A program made the position numbers and the translations under genes. 64,000 nucleotides of DNA from an uncultured Trueperaceae bacterium (GTDB lineage Bacteria > Deinococcota > Deinococci > Deinococcales > Trueperaceae). How positions within the stretch are numbered: position 1 is the first letter of the stretch; the number at the start of each line of letters is the position of its first letter. The DNA lies in assembly GCA_963799485.1 (NCBI GenBank), contig CAWCXJ010000007.1, forward strand, positions 288,001-352,000, read 5' to 3'. The notes beneath the pieces are model-generated. The model was given only the letters and a program-made list of their open reading frames with translations, made no database searches and was not told the DNA's origin. Below are positions 19,634-30,088 of the stretch, piece after piece.

Positions 19634-20274
19634 GGGATACCTTTTTGTTTGGGCGGCGGCGAAAGCTGCCTGGTTGCAACAGCCTTCAGATGCCGGGTAT
19701 CGTTGAGGCGCTCGAGTATCAGCTGCGATCCGTCCCAAACAAAGCGCGTCACGCTCGTATGCTCGAGATAAATGCGTTTGCGCCAGCTTTTCGTTTCCAT
19801 CTGCAAAACGTGTGCGACGAGCATCTGGATAGTGCCGGAATGCGTGACGGCGACGATGTGCGGCGCGTCGGGCAGGCTTTCCAACATACTTTCTAGCCAC
19901 GCAGCGGCGCGGCGCTGCAACTCGCCGTAAGACTCGCCCCCCGGCGCAGGGGTAGAAAAAGGCTCACGCGTCCAGTCGTGCCACGCCGGGAGTTCGCGCC
20001 GCTCGGCGAGGGTCAGCCCTTCAAAGATGCCGAAGTTGAGTTCGCTGAGACGCGGGTCGACGATGGGGGCTTGTTCCGGGAAGGCGAGCGCCGCCGTAGT
20101 ACGGGCGCGGCCCAGCGGGCTCGCGTAGAGCCGCACGTCCTCGCCGGAAAACCGCCCGCAGAGCGCCCTGGCCTGCGCTTCACCGAGCGCGGAGAGCGGT
20201 ACATCGCTCTGACCCTGTACCCGGCCCGCGGTGTTCCACGAGGTGACGGCGTGACGAATGAGGGTGAGCATCAC
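19630..20274 (-). CDS. Histidine phosphatase (phosphoglycerate mutase family)
   Basis: LIRHA.T.WN, SPL.RA, E.NFG.FEG, GGES, VTHSG. Confidence 0.9.
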   Translation of the reverse strand: MMLTLIRHAVTSWNTAGRVQGQSDVPLSALGEAQARALCGRFSGEDVRLYASPLGRARTTAALAFPEQAPIVDPRLSELNFGIFEGLTLAERRELPAWHDWTREPFSTPAPGGESYGELQRRAAAWLESMLESLPDAPHIVAVTHSGTIQMLVAHVLQMETKSWRKRIYLEHTSVTRFVWDGSQLILERLNDTRHLKAVATRQLSPPPKQKGIP

Positions 20275-20470
20275 AAGAGGGTGAGTTTAGCATTCTCTGT
20301 CCGGACATTTGTCGGAAAGCTCGGATTTAGGGTGCAGCCGGGGTCTGCTTGGATGCTCCGCGCAGGCGCGAGCTGCCTTTCAAATGTCATTCAGCTAACC
20401 TCGCCGAAAACCCTATTTGCCGGTTTTGGGCTTCAGTATGATGAGCACTGGAGATGGTTGGCCTACCCCT

Positions 20471-21331
20471 ATGAAAGCGCCCGCGCACACTATAAGAACG
20501 TCGGTGAACGCCCCCAAAGTAGCCTTTTGGGAGTGGCCGAACGTCCTCTCGCTCGACGCGCCCCTGATCGCCGCACTCTGGCAGAGCCTTTTCACCCGAG
20601 TTTTCGGCGTGGCGCTGGGGTGGCCTGCCGCGCTGCTGCTCGGCGCGGCGGTGTGGCTGATCTACAGCGCCGACCGCTGGCTCGACGGACAAACGCTCGG
20701 CGTAAACGCCCGTACCCGGCGGCACCGTTTTTATGTGCGTCACCACCGCGGCATCTTTTGGGTCTGGTGGGTCGTTTTTGCGGGCACGTTCGGTGTGAGC
20801 CTTTTTCTCCTGACGTGGACGGAATTTCTAGGGGGCGCGGTGCTGGGTACGCTGCTGCTCGGCTACTTGTCGCGGCGGCACCGGGGCGACCGGAAAACAC
20901 ACCCGAAAGAGCTGCAAATCGCGGTCATCTTCGCGCTCGGCGTCGTGTTTTTACCCTTTTTGAGCATTGCCCCAGGCGTCTCGAGCGTCTTGCTGTTGGT
21001 TTGCGGCGGATTTTTCGGCGTGCTTATCTTTTTCAACTGTGCGTTTATCGCACGTTGGGAGGGCGAGCTCGACCGTGAAACGGTACCGTTTGCGGTGCGC
21101 GCGCCGAGAATTGCGGCGCGGCTCAATTCTCTAACGCTGGAGTTTGCGCTCTTTTGCGGCGGCGGCGGCGTGTTTTTTGAACCTTTACGCCCTCTTTTTG
21201 CGGCGCTGGCCCTCAGCGCTTTGTTGCTTTACGCCCTCGAGCACGTTACCCCCCGGCTCAGCCCGGCGGCGCGGCGGGTTCTCGCGGACGCGGCCCTCTT
21301 TACGCCGCTCTTGTGGCTGCTTTACCGCTAA
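20471..21331 (+). CDS. Multi-pass membrane protein, UbiA-prenyltransferase-like (start uncertain)
   Basis: LSLDAP..A..WQ, IYSADRWLD, KEL..A..FA, LAD.AL motifs; 8-9 TM segments. Confidence 0.6.
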   Translation: MKAPAHTIRTSVNAPKVAFWEWPNVLSLDAPLIAALWQSLFTRVFGVALGWPAALLLGAAVWLIYSADRWLDGQTLGVNARTRRHRFYVRHHRGIFWVWWVVFAGTFGVSLFLLTWTEFLGGAVLGTLLLGYLSRRHRGDRKTHPKELQIAVIFALGVVFLPFLSIAPGVSSVLLLVCGGFFGVLIFFNCAFIARWEGELDRETVPFAVRAPRIAARLNSLTLEFALFCGGGGVFFEPLRPLFAALALSALLLYALEHVTPRLSPAARRVLADAALFTPLLWLLYR

Positions 21332-21336
21332 CTGGT

Positions 21337-22029
21337 ATGGGCGACCCGCTTAAAGATGGTTTCGGGCGGCTGGCGGGCGTTTACGAAGGGCTCGAGTATC
21401 TCGCTTACGGCAATTTATTGGCGCGGGCCCGGGCAGCGGCTCTAGCCGAGTTAAGGTGCGCCGAACGCGTTCTCGTTTTGGGTGAGGGCGACGGGCGTTT
21501 TTTGGTTCGGCTTTTGGAGACCAACCCACGCGGCTTAGTAACCGTTTTAGACAGCAGTGCCGGGATGCTCGCGCGGGCTGAAGCGCGTGTTTCGGCGACG
21601 TTACCGGCGGCGCGTTCACGGGTTACATTTTGGCGTGGGGACGCCCTTACCGCAACCTTGACGCCGGAGTCCTACGACGCGCTCGTCACCTGCTTTTTCC
21701 TCGATGTTTTTCCGGCAGAGATGCTGAAGCAACTCATCCCCAAGCTCGAGCGAACCCTCAAACCGGGCGGTTCGTGGTTTCTTGCCGACTTTGCCGCGCC
21801 GCATACACTTAAGCGCCCGTTACCGCGCCTTTACAGTCGGCTCATGGTGCCGCTGATGTACACCTTTTTTCGCTGGCAGACCGCACTTCCGGCCCGGACC
21901 CTGGAACCGCCGCAGCCTTTTTTGAGTGGGGCAGGGCTCGAGCTTACGCGCTCCCAAAGTTTTCGTAGCGGGTTCGTCTACGCCCAAACCTGGCGTAAAT
22001 GTGGGCCTCGAGCCTCTCCAGGCCCGTAA
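21337..22029 (+). CDS. Class I SAM-dependent methyltransferase
   Basis: VLVLGEGDGRF, DSSAGM, YDALVT.FFLD, LKPGG.W..ADF. Confidence 0.85.
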   Translation: MGDPLKDGFGRLAGVYEGLEYLAYGNLLARARAAALAELRCAERVLVLGEGDGRFLVRLLETNPRGLVTVLDSSAGMLARAEARVSATLPAARSRVTFWRGDALTATLTPESYDALVTCFFLDVFPAEMLKQLIPKLERTLKPGGSWFLADFAAPHTLKRPLPRLYSRLMVPLMYTFFRWQTALPARTLEPPQPFLSGAGLELTRSQSFRSGFVYAQTWRKCGPRASPGP

Positions 22030-22237
22030 ACCGGACAGCTAGCTGCTACACTGTTCTGGCGTTCTGCGCGCTCGGCTCCCGGCTATACAGGCCGACAAAG
22101 CGCCAAGCTGACAGTTCGGGCCAAATCTCCCCCGCTATACTAGACCTACGCGGCTTTAAGCCGCACCAAGACACCCACGCGGCCCAAAGCCGCATTAAGA
22201 CGCTGAACAGTTCAGTTACGGTTTTGAAGGAGTTTTT

Positions 22238-24013
22238 GTGAAGTATCCCTATCTCGGCGCGACCTTTGAAGACGGCGGCGTGCGCTTTCGCGTCGTGTCA
22301 CCGACTGCTGAGCGGCTCGAGGTCGCCCTTGAAGACGGCTCCGTTTATTCGATGACGAAAACAGGCGACGCCACCTTTGAAACGCTCGTCCCGGACGTTA
22401 AAGCCGGTACGCGTTACCACCTCCTCAAAGACGGCGCAGAGCTGCCCGACCCGGCCTCGAGGTTTCAACCAGAGGGCGTTCACGGCCCTTCTGAAGTCAT
22501 CGACCCGCACGCGTACAGTTGGCAAGACACAAACTGGCAGGGCGTCCCGCACGAGCAGCTGGTCTTTTACGAGCTTCACGTCGGCACTTTTACGCCTGAA
22601 GGCAGCTACCGCGCCGCCCAAGAAAAGCTGAACTACCTCAAAGAACTCGGCGTTACCGCCGTCGAACTCCTGCCGCTCACGGCCTTCCCCGGTGAACGCA
22701 ACTGGGGTTACGACCCCGCCGCGCAGTACGCGCCCGCGCACCCTTACGGGCATCCCGACGAACTGCGCGCTTTTGTAGACGCTGCACACAAAATCGGTTT
22801 AGCCGTCTATCTGGACGTGGTGTACAACCACTTCGGGCCGGACGGCGCGTATGTGGTGGGCCTCAACCCGCAGATGTTTACCGAACACCACCATACGCCG
22901 TGGGGCCAGGCGATCAACCTGGACGATACGGGTTCCGAACACGTGCGGCAGTTTTTTTTGGAGAACGCCGTCCACTGGCTCCGCGAGTATCACTTCGACG
23001 GTTTCCGGCTCGACGCGGTGTTTGCGCTCGTAGACGATTCACCGAAGCATTTTCTCAAAGAACTCGCTGAAGTCGTCTCTGAAGTTCCGGGTTGGACACG
23101 TTACTTAATCGCCGAAGACCCACGCAACTTCCGTGACTTGGCCCTGCCGCGTGACAAAGGTGGGTATGGGTTGGACGGCATCTGGGCGGACGATTTTCAC
23201 CATCAGATGCGGGTCAATCTGGCAGGCGACCACCACGCGTATTATCAGGACTTTACGGGGTCTCCGGCGGATATTGCCAAGACGTTGGGGCAAGGCTGGT
23301 TTTTTACCGGACAGCAGTCCAAAAATCAGGGGGAACCCAGAGGCACGCCGACAGACGGTTTAATTCCGGAAAACTTCGTCATCTGTATCCAGAACCACGA
23401 CCAGGTGGGCAATAGACCGCGCGGCAACCGTTTAAGCGACGAGATTCCGCTGTCGGCTTACCGCGCCGCGAGCGCGTTGCTGCTTTTTGCGCCGCAACTC
23501 CCGCTGCTCTTTCAAGGGCAAGAGTGGGCGACCGAAACGCCGTTTATCTACTTTACCGACCACAACCCCGAACTCGGCAAGTTGGTCAGCGAAGGGCGTA
23601 AGGAAGAGTTCAAGGACTTTCCCGATTTTCAGGGCGACGTCCCCGACCCGCAAGACCCGGCGAGTTTTGAAAAGAGCAAACTGTCGTGGGCTGAACCTGA
23701 AGAACCCGAACACGCCGGAGTGTTGCAGCTCTACAAGGACTTACTCGCGTTACGGCCCCAACTTTCCGGCGCGGTGGAAACCTTGGAAACGACGGACAAG
23801 GGATTGGTTTTACGGCGCGGTAGTCATATCCTTTACGTCGCGCTACGGGAAAACACCACCTTGCCGCTCACCGATAACTTTGAAACGCTGCTCGTCACCG
23901 AAGCGCCCGCTTACGCCGTAAACGGCAGCGAACCCGAATTTTCGGGCGATGAGGTTACGTTTTCGACCCCCGGCGCGTTTATTGCCGAGGTCGAGCCTGA
24001 GGAGACCCGATGA
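22238..24013 (+). CDS. treZ: Malto-oligosyltrehalose trehalohydrolase
   Basis: DPASRFQPEGVHGPS, YELHVGTF, WGYD, FRLDA, QNHDQVGNR. Confidence 0.96.
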   Translation: MKYPYLGATFEDGGVRFRVVSPTAERLEVALEDGSVYSMTKTGDATFETLVPDVKAGTRYHLLKDGAELPDPASRFQPEGVHGPSEVIDPHAYSWQDTNWQGVPHEQLVFYELHVGTFTPEGSYRAAQEKLNYLKELGVTAVELLPLTAFPGERNWGYDPAAQYAPAHPYGHPDELRAFVDAAHKIGLAVYLDVVYNHFGPDGAYVVGLNPQMFTEHHHTPWGQAINLDDTGSEHVRQFFLENAVHWLREYHFDGFRLDAVFALVDDSPKHFLKELAEVVSEVPGWTRYLIAEDPRNFRDLALPRDKGGYGLDGIWADDFHHQMRVNLAGDHHAYYQDFTGSPADIAKTLGQGWFFTGQQSKNQGEPRGTPTDGLIPENFVICIQNHDQVGNRPRGNRLSDEIPLSAYRAASALLLFAPQLPLLFQGQEWATETPFIYFTDHNPELGKLVSEGRKEEFKDFPDFQGDVPDPQDPASFEKSKLSWAEPEEPEHAGVLQLYKDLLALRPQLSGAVETLETTDKGLVLRRGSHILYVALRENTTLPLTDNFETLLVTEAPAYAVNGSEPEFSGDEVTFSTPGAFIAEVEPEETR

Positions 24014-26667
24014 ACGCCTCGTACCGTTTGCAACTCACCCCGGACTTTACCTTTGCCGACGTGCAAAACCTGCTCCCTTACTTCGACAAGCTCGGTGTCT
24101 CGCACCTGTATCTGTCGCCGATTACCGAAGCGCGCCTCGGCAGCACCCACGGTTACGACGTCATCGATCACAACCGCGTCAGGGGAGCGTTCGGTGGGCG
24201 TGAGGGTCTAGACGCGCTGATGGCAGCAGCTAAAGAACACGGCCTCAAGTTCATTTTGGACTTTGTGCCCAACCACGCCGGGGTCGCGCCGCGCAACACG
24301 CTCTGGCACGACGTTTTGGCCTACGGGCCGCATTCGCCCAATGCCGGGTTTTTTGATATCGACTGGCACCCGCTCAAGGCGGAACTGACGGACAAAGTCC
24401 TGCTTCCCTTTCTCGGTAGTCCCTACGGGGACATCGTAGACGGCGGCGAGTTGGGGCTCTTGTACTTGGAGGGCCGCTTTTACGTCACCTATTACGACGC
24501 CCGGTTTGCGCTCAACCCGGCGAGTTATCCGGTGATTTTGGAGCGTTTACTGCCGCAATTTGAACGGAGCGACGTTTATTTCGACCTCAAAGACCTGTTA
24601 GACGCGTACACCGAACTGAGACCCGAAGAGGTCGAAAAAGCCGAGGCGCTCCGGGTGCGGCTCACAGCGCTCGCCGAACAGCTCAAGCTGGACGCGTTAC
24701 CCGAGCTCGAGCCCCCCGTTATGCACGCGCTCCTGGAGCGGCAGTTCTGGCGGCTGGCGCACTGGCAAACGGCGGGCTACAACATCAACTACCGCCGGTT
24801 TTTCGACATCAACGAACTCGTGGCGCTGCATATGGAAACCTCCGAAGTCTTTTGGACGGCGCACAAGCTCTTGGGTGAGCTGGCCTTGGATGAGGGGCTC
24901 GAGGGCGTCCGTATCGACCACATCGACGGGTTGTTCGACCCGCAGGGGTATCTGGAGAACCTCAAGGCGCTCGGCATCAAAAAAGCCTGGGTTGAGAAAA
25001 TCTTGGCCTCAGGTGAAGTTTTGCCGGAAACGTGGATTACGGCGGGTACCTCCGGCTACGAATTTATGAACGACGTGCTGGGTGTGCTGGTGCAACCCAC
25101 GGGCGAAGAACCGCTGCTGCGCACTTACCGCCGGTTTTTAGGCGGCGTCAAACCGTATGAAGACGAGGTTCACGACGCCAAGCTGCTGGTGATGGAGACG
25201 AGTTTGTCGGGCGAGTTGGTGCGGCTCGCTGCTGAGCTCGGACGGCTCGCTGAAGCCGACTACCACACCCGCGATTTTACGCTGCAGTCGTTGCAAGAGG
25301 CACTGGCTGAGATTATCGCCGCCTTTCCGCGTTACCGCACCTATCTGCCGCACGGTGAAGCCGAAGCCAAAGCGATTATCCGTGAGGCCGTCGGCGCGGC
25401 GAAACGGCGTAATCCGGCGACCGAACAGTCGGTCTACAGCTTTATCGAATCGTGTTTGGTAGAAGAGCGGGAGGGTGAGCTCGAGGCCGCCCGCCAAGCC
25501 TTTGTCGGACGTTTTCAGCAGTACACCGCGCCTGTAACCGCCAAAGGCATTGAAGACACCACCTTTTACCGTTACCTGCCGTTTGCCGCCCGCAACGAGG
25601 TCGGCGGTGAGCCGGAAGATTTTGTCACCGAACTGCACGCGTTTCACGCCCGCGCCCGCTTCCGCGCCTACCGCTATCCCGACAATCTCCTGGCGACCGC
25701 GACGCACGACCACAAACGCGGCGAAGACACCCGGATGCGCCTGGCGGCGCTCGCCGAACTGCCTGAGCTGTGGGAAGAAACCGTGATGAAGCTGCACGAA
25801 CGGGCGCTGGAGCTGCAGCGTCTCGCCCCGACCGGAGCCCCGTTTTCGGCGAGTCTGCACGGCAGCGACCTCTACTTGATGTATCAGCTGCTCGGCGCAC
25901 TGCTTAAGGGCGAGACCCCCGAAGGGCTCAAAGACCGCCTGCTACCGTACATGGAAAAAGCCATGCGCGAGGCGAAGCTCCATACCTCGTGGCTCAACCC
26001 CGACAGCGAGTACGAAGGCGCGGTCAAGGGGTTGCTGGCGCAAATTCTGGGAGACGAGACCGCGCTGGAGATTCTGGAACCGCTCGCTGCTGAGATGGCG
26101 CGGCTCGGGTTTCACAACACGCTGGCGCAAACTGTCATCAAACTCACCACACCCGGTGTTCCCGACTTCTATCAGGGTACCGAACTGCTGGATTTGTCTC
26201 TGGTCGACCCCGACAACCGCCGCGCCGTCGATTATGAGGCCCGGGGTGAGCTGGTCGATAAGCTCGAGCCCCTGCTCAAGAACCCCGACGCCGACGCTTT
26301 TAGAGGCTGGCTCGAAACCCAAGACCCGCAGGCCAAAATGTACCTGACGACGCGCCTCTTGCACCTCCGGCGCGCGCATCCCGAACTCTTCGCCGGCGAG
26401 TACCGCGACCTCGGCGCGAGCGGCGAGAGATGCGAACACCTCGTCGCTTACGCGCGGGAAGGGGGAGGTGAAGCGCTTTTGACGTTCGTGACGCGGTTTC
26501 CCAAAGCCGCCGAAACTGCCGACCTCAGCGCTGTTACGGTAGCGCTGCCTGAAGCGTTGCAAAAGCGGACGTGGCTCGAGCTGCTTTCAGGAAAGCAGTT
26601 TACCCAAGATACGTTCAGCCCGGCCGATTTTCCGCTGCCCTTTGCGGTTTTACTCTCCGCGTCGTAG
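24010..26667 (+). CDS. treY: Malto-oligosyltrehalose synthase
   Basis: YRLQ, GSTHGYDV, NYRRFFD, RIDHIDG, THDHKRGED, SLVDPDNRR. Confidence 0.97.
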   Translation: MNASYRLQLTPDFTFADVQNLLPYFDKLGVSHLYLSPITEARLGSTHGYDVIDHNRVRGAFGGREGLDALMAAAKEHGLKFILDFVPNHAGVAPRNTLWHDVLAYGPHSPNAGFFDIDWHPLKAELTDKVLLPFLGSPYGDIVDGGELGLLYLEGRFYVTYYDARFALNPASYPVILERLLPQFERSDVYFDLKDLLDAYTELRPEEVEKAEALRVRLTALAEQLKLDALPELEPPVMHALLERQFWRLAHWQTAGYNINYRRFFDINELVALHMETSEVFWTAHKLLGELALDEGLEGVRIDHIDGLFDPQGYLENLKALGIKKAWVEKILASGEVLPETWITAGTSGYEFMNDVLGVLVQPTGEEPLLRTYRRFLGGVKPYEDEVHDAKLLVMETSLSGELVRLAAELGRLAEADYHTRDFTLQSLQEALAEIIAAFPRYRTYLPHGEAEAKAIIREAVGAAKRRNPATEQSVYSFIESCLVEEREGELEAARQAFVGRFQQYTAPVTAKGIEDTTFYRYLPFAARNEVGGEPEDFVTELHAFHARARFRAYRYPDNLLATATHDHKRGEDTRMRLAALAELPELWEETVMKLHERALELQRLAPTGAPFSASLHGSDLYLMYQLLGALLKGETPEGLKDRLLPYMEKAMREAKLHTSWLNPDSEYEGAVKGLLAQILGDETALEILEPLAAEMARLGFHNTLAQTVIKLTTPGVPDFYQGTELLDLSLVDPDNRRAVDYEARGELVDKLEPLLKNPDADAFRGWLETQDPQAKMYLTTRLLHLRRAHPELFAGEYRDLGASGERCEHLVAYAREGGGEALLTFVTRFPKAAETADLSAVTVALPEALQKRTWLELLSGKQFTQDTFSPADFPLPFAVLLSAS

Positions 26668-26758
26668 CGTTGCCGAGCCCGACCTCCTGTTTGTGCCCAC
26701 TGTGGTATGCCTGTGGCGGTCTCTCGCAGAAATGCCGGCGGTAAAAGCAGCGTAAAAG

Positions 26759-27364
26759 CTAGAGCCGCCGCGACCGGGCGTAAAGCGCCGCCTGCGTCCG
26801 GTCTTTAAGCCCCAGCTTTGCCAGCACGCTGCTTACATGCGTCTTGACGGTTTTTTCACCCACCTCGAGGCGTTTAGCGATAGCTTTGTTTGCCAAGCCT
26901 TCGGCGAGCAACTCTAAAACGGTGCGCTCGCGCGGCGTCAGGCGTTTTAGCGGGTCATCTTGCAGCGTCGGTAATAGTGCCACTGCCGCCGGGTCGAGGA
27001 CGCGTTCGCCGCGTAGCGCCGCCCGGATACCGTCTAGCAGTGCGCCCTGCCCGGCGCGTTTGAGCAAATACCCGGCAGCACCCAGGCGCAGCGCCTCACG
27101 CAGATAGTCTTCGTCTAGAAAACTCGTGAGGAGCAGCACTTTGGGCGCGGTTTCGCGGAGCGTTTCCAGCAGTGACAGCCCGTTTTCACCCTCGAGCTGC
27201 ACATCGAGCAAGATTAAATCGGGCTGGGTTTGGTTAAGCAGTGCTACGGCCCGGGCCACACTTTCCGCCTCACCGACGACCTCGAGCCCCGGTTGCAGGG
27301 ACAGGTACGCCCGGAGTCCTTCACGCACAATCGGGTGGTCGTCAACGAGTAGCAGCCTAGCCAA
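26759..27364 (-). CDS. NarL/LuxR-family response regulator
   Basis: LVDDH, receiver Asp, LTPRE...NKAIA...TVKTHVS. Confidence 0.95.
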   Translation of the reverse strand: MARLLLVDDHPIVREGLRAYLSLQPGLEVVGEAESVARAVALLNQTQPDLILLDVQLEGENGLSLLETLRETAPKVLLLTSFLDEDYLREALRLGAAGYLLKRAGQGALLDGIRAALRGERVLDPAAVALLPTLQDDPLKRLTPRERTVLELLAEGLANKAIAKRLEVGEKTVKTHVSSVLAKLGLKDRTQAALYARSRRL

Positions 27365-28475
27365 GCGGCAACTCCAGCTCGAGCCGCGCCCCGTGCGGTC
27401 TCCCTGCCAGCGTCAGCGTGCCGCCTGAAGCCTCGGCACGTCGCCGCAAACTGCGGAGGCCGAAGCCTTCGGTCAGGGGTTCGGAAAGTCCGATGCCGTC
27501 GTCCTCTACCGTCAGCTTGACCCCGGCTGCCGAGCGTTCGCAGCGGAGCCAGAGCCGACTTGCGTGGGCGTGCTTGAGCGCGTTGTGAACGCCTTCTTGC
27601 GCGGCGCGGTAGAGCGTTTCGGCGTGTGCGGGTGAGAGTCCGGGCGGTGGGTGGGCCTCGAGCTGTACCCGCAGCACGCCCTCGGTACGTTCGGCAAGTC
27701 GCGCGAGCGCTCCTTTGAGCCCGCCCTCGAGGTCGGCGGGCCGCAGTACCTCGACGAGCGCCCGCAGTTCGTTCTGCGCGTCCCCTACAAGCGCTTCGGC
27801 GCGCGCCGCTGCGCCTGTTTGCAGCGCCAGTTCAGCGGCGAAGAGAAGTTGCGAGACCGAATCGTGCATCTCGGCGGCGAACCGCTGCCGCTCTTCCAAG
27901 ACCGCTAGATGCTGCGCGGCCTCGGTACGCGCCTCGAGCAGCGTCGCCCGTTCAAATGCGGTGCCGAGCTGCCTGCCGACCGCCGTTAAAAAAGCCAGGG
28001 TCTCCGCGCCGAACGTCTCCCGGCCCGCCGCCGCCAAGTTGAGGATACCGACCGGCCCCGCGCGGCCCAACAGCGGCACGCTGGCGTGCAGCTCGAGCCC
28101 CCCTTTATCGCCCGTAGCAGCCTCCAGGCGACTACAGTGAACGATGTTGACGCCTGCGTCGAGTTGTCCCTGCCGAAACAGCCACTGGCAATCACATGAA
28201 CCCTGACAGAGCGGACGGTTTTCGTGCTCACTGAGTGCAGGCGGCAGCCCCGTCGCCCCGGCAACCGCAAACGTCCCTTGGTGCAAGTCTCCCTGCACGA
28301 CCTGCGTCAGAAAAACCCAACCCGAATGCAAGGGGAGCAGTTCGACAAGTTTTTGCAGCGCTTCTTTAAGCGCTACCGTAAAGTCTGCCTCGCGGTTTAA
28401 GATGTCGCCGATGGCGTTTAAGGTCGAGAGTTCTTCGAGGCGGCGCTCGAGCGCTGAGTGAGCGTTACGGTTCAT
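27357..28475 (-). CDS. GAF-domain HisKA_3 sensor histidine kinase (YhcY-like)
   Basis: Cys-rich GAF (C.GSCDC...CSRL), ER.R.A.EMHDSVSQ, NALKH, DDGIG. Confidence 0.92.
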   Translation of the reverse strand: MNRNAHSALERRLEELSTLNAIGDILNREADFTVALKEALQKLVELLPLHSGWVFLTQVVQGDLHQGTFAVAGATGLPPALSEHENRPLCQGSCDCQWLFRQGQLDAGVNIVHCSRLEAATGDKGGLELHASVPLLGRAGPVGILNLAAAGRETFGAETLAFLTAVGRQLGTAFERATLLEARTEAAQHLAVLEERQRFAAEMHDSVSQLLFAAELALQTGAAARAEALVGDAQNELRALVEVLRPADLEGGLKGALARLAERTEGVLRVQLEAHPPPGLSPAHAETLYRAAQEGVHNALKHAHASRLWLRCERSAAGVKLTVEDDGIGLSEPLTEGFGLRSLRRRAEASGGTLTLAGRPHGARLELELPLG

Positions 28476-28478
28476 GCG

Positions 28479-29030
28479 TTACAAGTAGGGCGTCTGCACA
28501 TAGATGTCCGCCGCCGTTAGTTCGGTGTCGGCGCAGGGCACCGGAACGGCTTCCCCCTCGGCAAACACCCGCTCTGCCCAACCTGTTTTCGTCCGGTAGT
28601 AGCCCCACACGAAGCGGCGGCGGCTGTCTACCAGCAGGTACAACGTCAGGCTTGGCAACGTCAGGTAGTTGTAACGCTTCTCGTTCGTATCGGTACGCAG
28701 GGTGCTCGGACTCAGCACTTCAACCAGCACGCAGGGTTTTTCTTTGTAGTAGGGGTTAGGGCCGTCGTCGCAGACGAACATTACATCGGGATAGTAGAAC
28801 GCTTCACCTACGCGGACTTTCATATCGCTGGCGTAAACGCGGCAGTCTTTTCGGCGGGCAGCAGGGGTAAGCGCGAGCGCAAGATTGAGGGTGATGGTGT
28901 TATGCACGTCGCTGGCTCCGGCAAGCGCAAAAACCTCACCGTGAACGTATTCGTGTTTGACAGGGGCGTCTTTTTCACCCTCGAGATACTCCTCTACGCT
29001 CACCCGTAGCCAGCTTTTCGAGGCGTCCAT
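28479..29030 (-). CDS. Uma2 family endonuclease
   Basis: EEYL..E, HEY..GE...AGAS..HN, YPDV, VEVLSPST...D..EK; ATG 29030 lies 6 nt after TACAAT. Confidence 0.92.
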   Translation of the reverse strand: MDASKSWLRVSVEEYLEGEKDAPVKHEYVHGEVFALAGASDVHNTITLNLALALTPAARRKDCRVYASDMKVRVGEAFYYPDVMFVCDDGPNPYYKEKPCVLVEVLSPSTLRTDTNEKRYNYLTLPSLTLYLLVDSRRRFVWGYYRTKTGWAERVFAEGEAVPVPCADTELTAADIYVQTPYL

Positions 29031-29059
29031 GTGGGCATTGTAGCGCACCGGATAAACCC

Positions 29060-30088
29060 TCAAGACCCCGGCAAAATCAGGTGGCTGTCGCCGAACTCGT
29101 GCCACAAATAGCCCGCCCTTAACGCTTCGGCGTAGGCGTCTTGGACGAGCGCCGCGCCCGCGAGCGCGTAGAGCATCTCCAGATGGCTCGCTTCGGGGGC
29201 GTGAAACCCGGTGATGAGGCCGTCAATGACCCGGACGCCGCGCTCAAGCCGCACGTAAAGACGGGTAAAGCCCTCGGTGGCGTGAAGCGCGCCGCCGTAA
29301 AAGGCGGATTCTACCGCGCGCACGACCGTCGTCCCGACCGCGACGACGCGACCCCCCGCCGCTTTTGTCCTGTTGATGGCAGCAACCGTATCGGCGGGAA
29401 CGTAAAAAGGTTCCGGGTAGAGCGTTCCGTTCATCTCCGCCGCGTCTAGGCTGCTTACCCCGGTGTGCAGGGTGATAGTGGCGCGCGCGACGCCTTTTGC
29501 TGCCAGACTCTGCACGACCCGTTCGGTAAAGGGCCGGGCGGCAGAAGGCATCTCGGCGCTGCCGGGGGTGTCGGCAAAGAGCGTTTGATAGGCCGCGAGC
29601 GGTTGCGGCGTCCCGACGTACCCGTAACGGATGGGCGCGCCGTAACGCGCCAGCGCCGCCCCTACGTCCCCCTCCAGGCGGACGAACCAGAGGCGGGGCA
29701 GACCGGGGTAGGGGTGGAGAAACGTCCCCTGAAGGCCCGCCGCCGTAAACGTCTCGCCTGCGCCCAGCGGAAGCGGCCCCGGACGGTCGAAGCCCCGGCG
29801 TGGTTCGGCCAGCCACACCCTGCCGCCGTACTCGGACGAGAGGTTGAGGACGAAGCGCCCCGGCGAGCCCTCGGCCGCCAGACTCGAGCCCAGCGTCGCA
29901 CTCCGGTTGACGACGAGCAGATCACCGGGCCGTAAAAAGTTGGCAAGGTTGGCAAACCGGCTGTGGTGATGCCCGCGCTTCGTACTGACCAACAGCCGCA
30001 CGGCGTCTCGCGAGCCCCCCTTCAGCTCCGGGGGTTCATGCGCTTCAGGCACGGTATGTTCGGGGCCGGGCTGCAGTTCAGGCCACAC
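29060..30088 (-). CDS. QueA-like SAM:tRNA ribosyltransferase-isomerase paralog
   Basis: LLVVN, YQT.FA..PGSAEMPSA, LHTG, AVGTTVVRA, YLWHEFGD; GTG start overlaps the SDR 3' end. Confidence 0.85.
   Translation of the reverse strand: MWPELQPGPEHTVPEAHEPPELKGGSRDAVRLLVSTKRGHHHSRFANLANFLRPGDLLVVNRSATLGSSLAAEGSPGRFVLNLSSEYGGRVWLAEPRRGFDRPGPLPLGAGETFTAAGLQGTFLHPYPGLPRLWFVRLEGDVGAALARYGAPIRYGYVGTPQPLAAYQTLFADTPGSAEMPSAARPFTERVVQSLAAKGVARATITLHTGVSSLDAAEMNGTLYPEPFYVPADTVAAINRTKAAGGRVVAVGTTVVRAVESAFYGGALHATEGFTRLYVRLERGVRVIDGLITGFHAPEASHLEMLYALAGAALVQDAYAEALRAGYLWHEFGDSHLILPGS

Noticed and set aside
19634..19900. N-terminal extension of ScpA in the ORF track
   Set aside because: Overlaps the phosphatase gene; the ScpA motif begins after TTG 19633
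19978..21078. 366-aa + strand ORF
   Set aside because: Overlaps two better-supported genes; Arg/Ala-rich shadow frame
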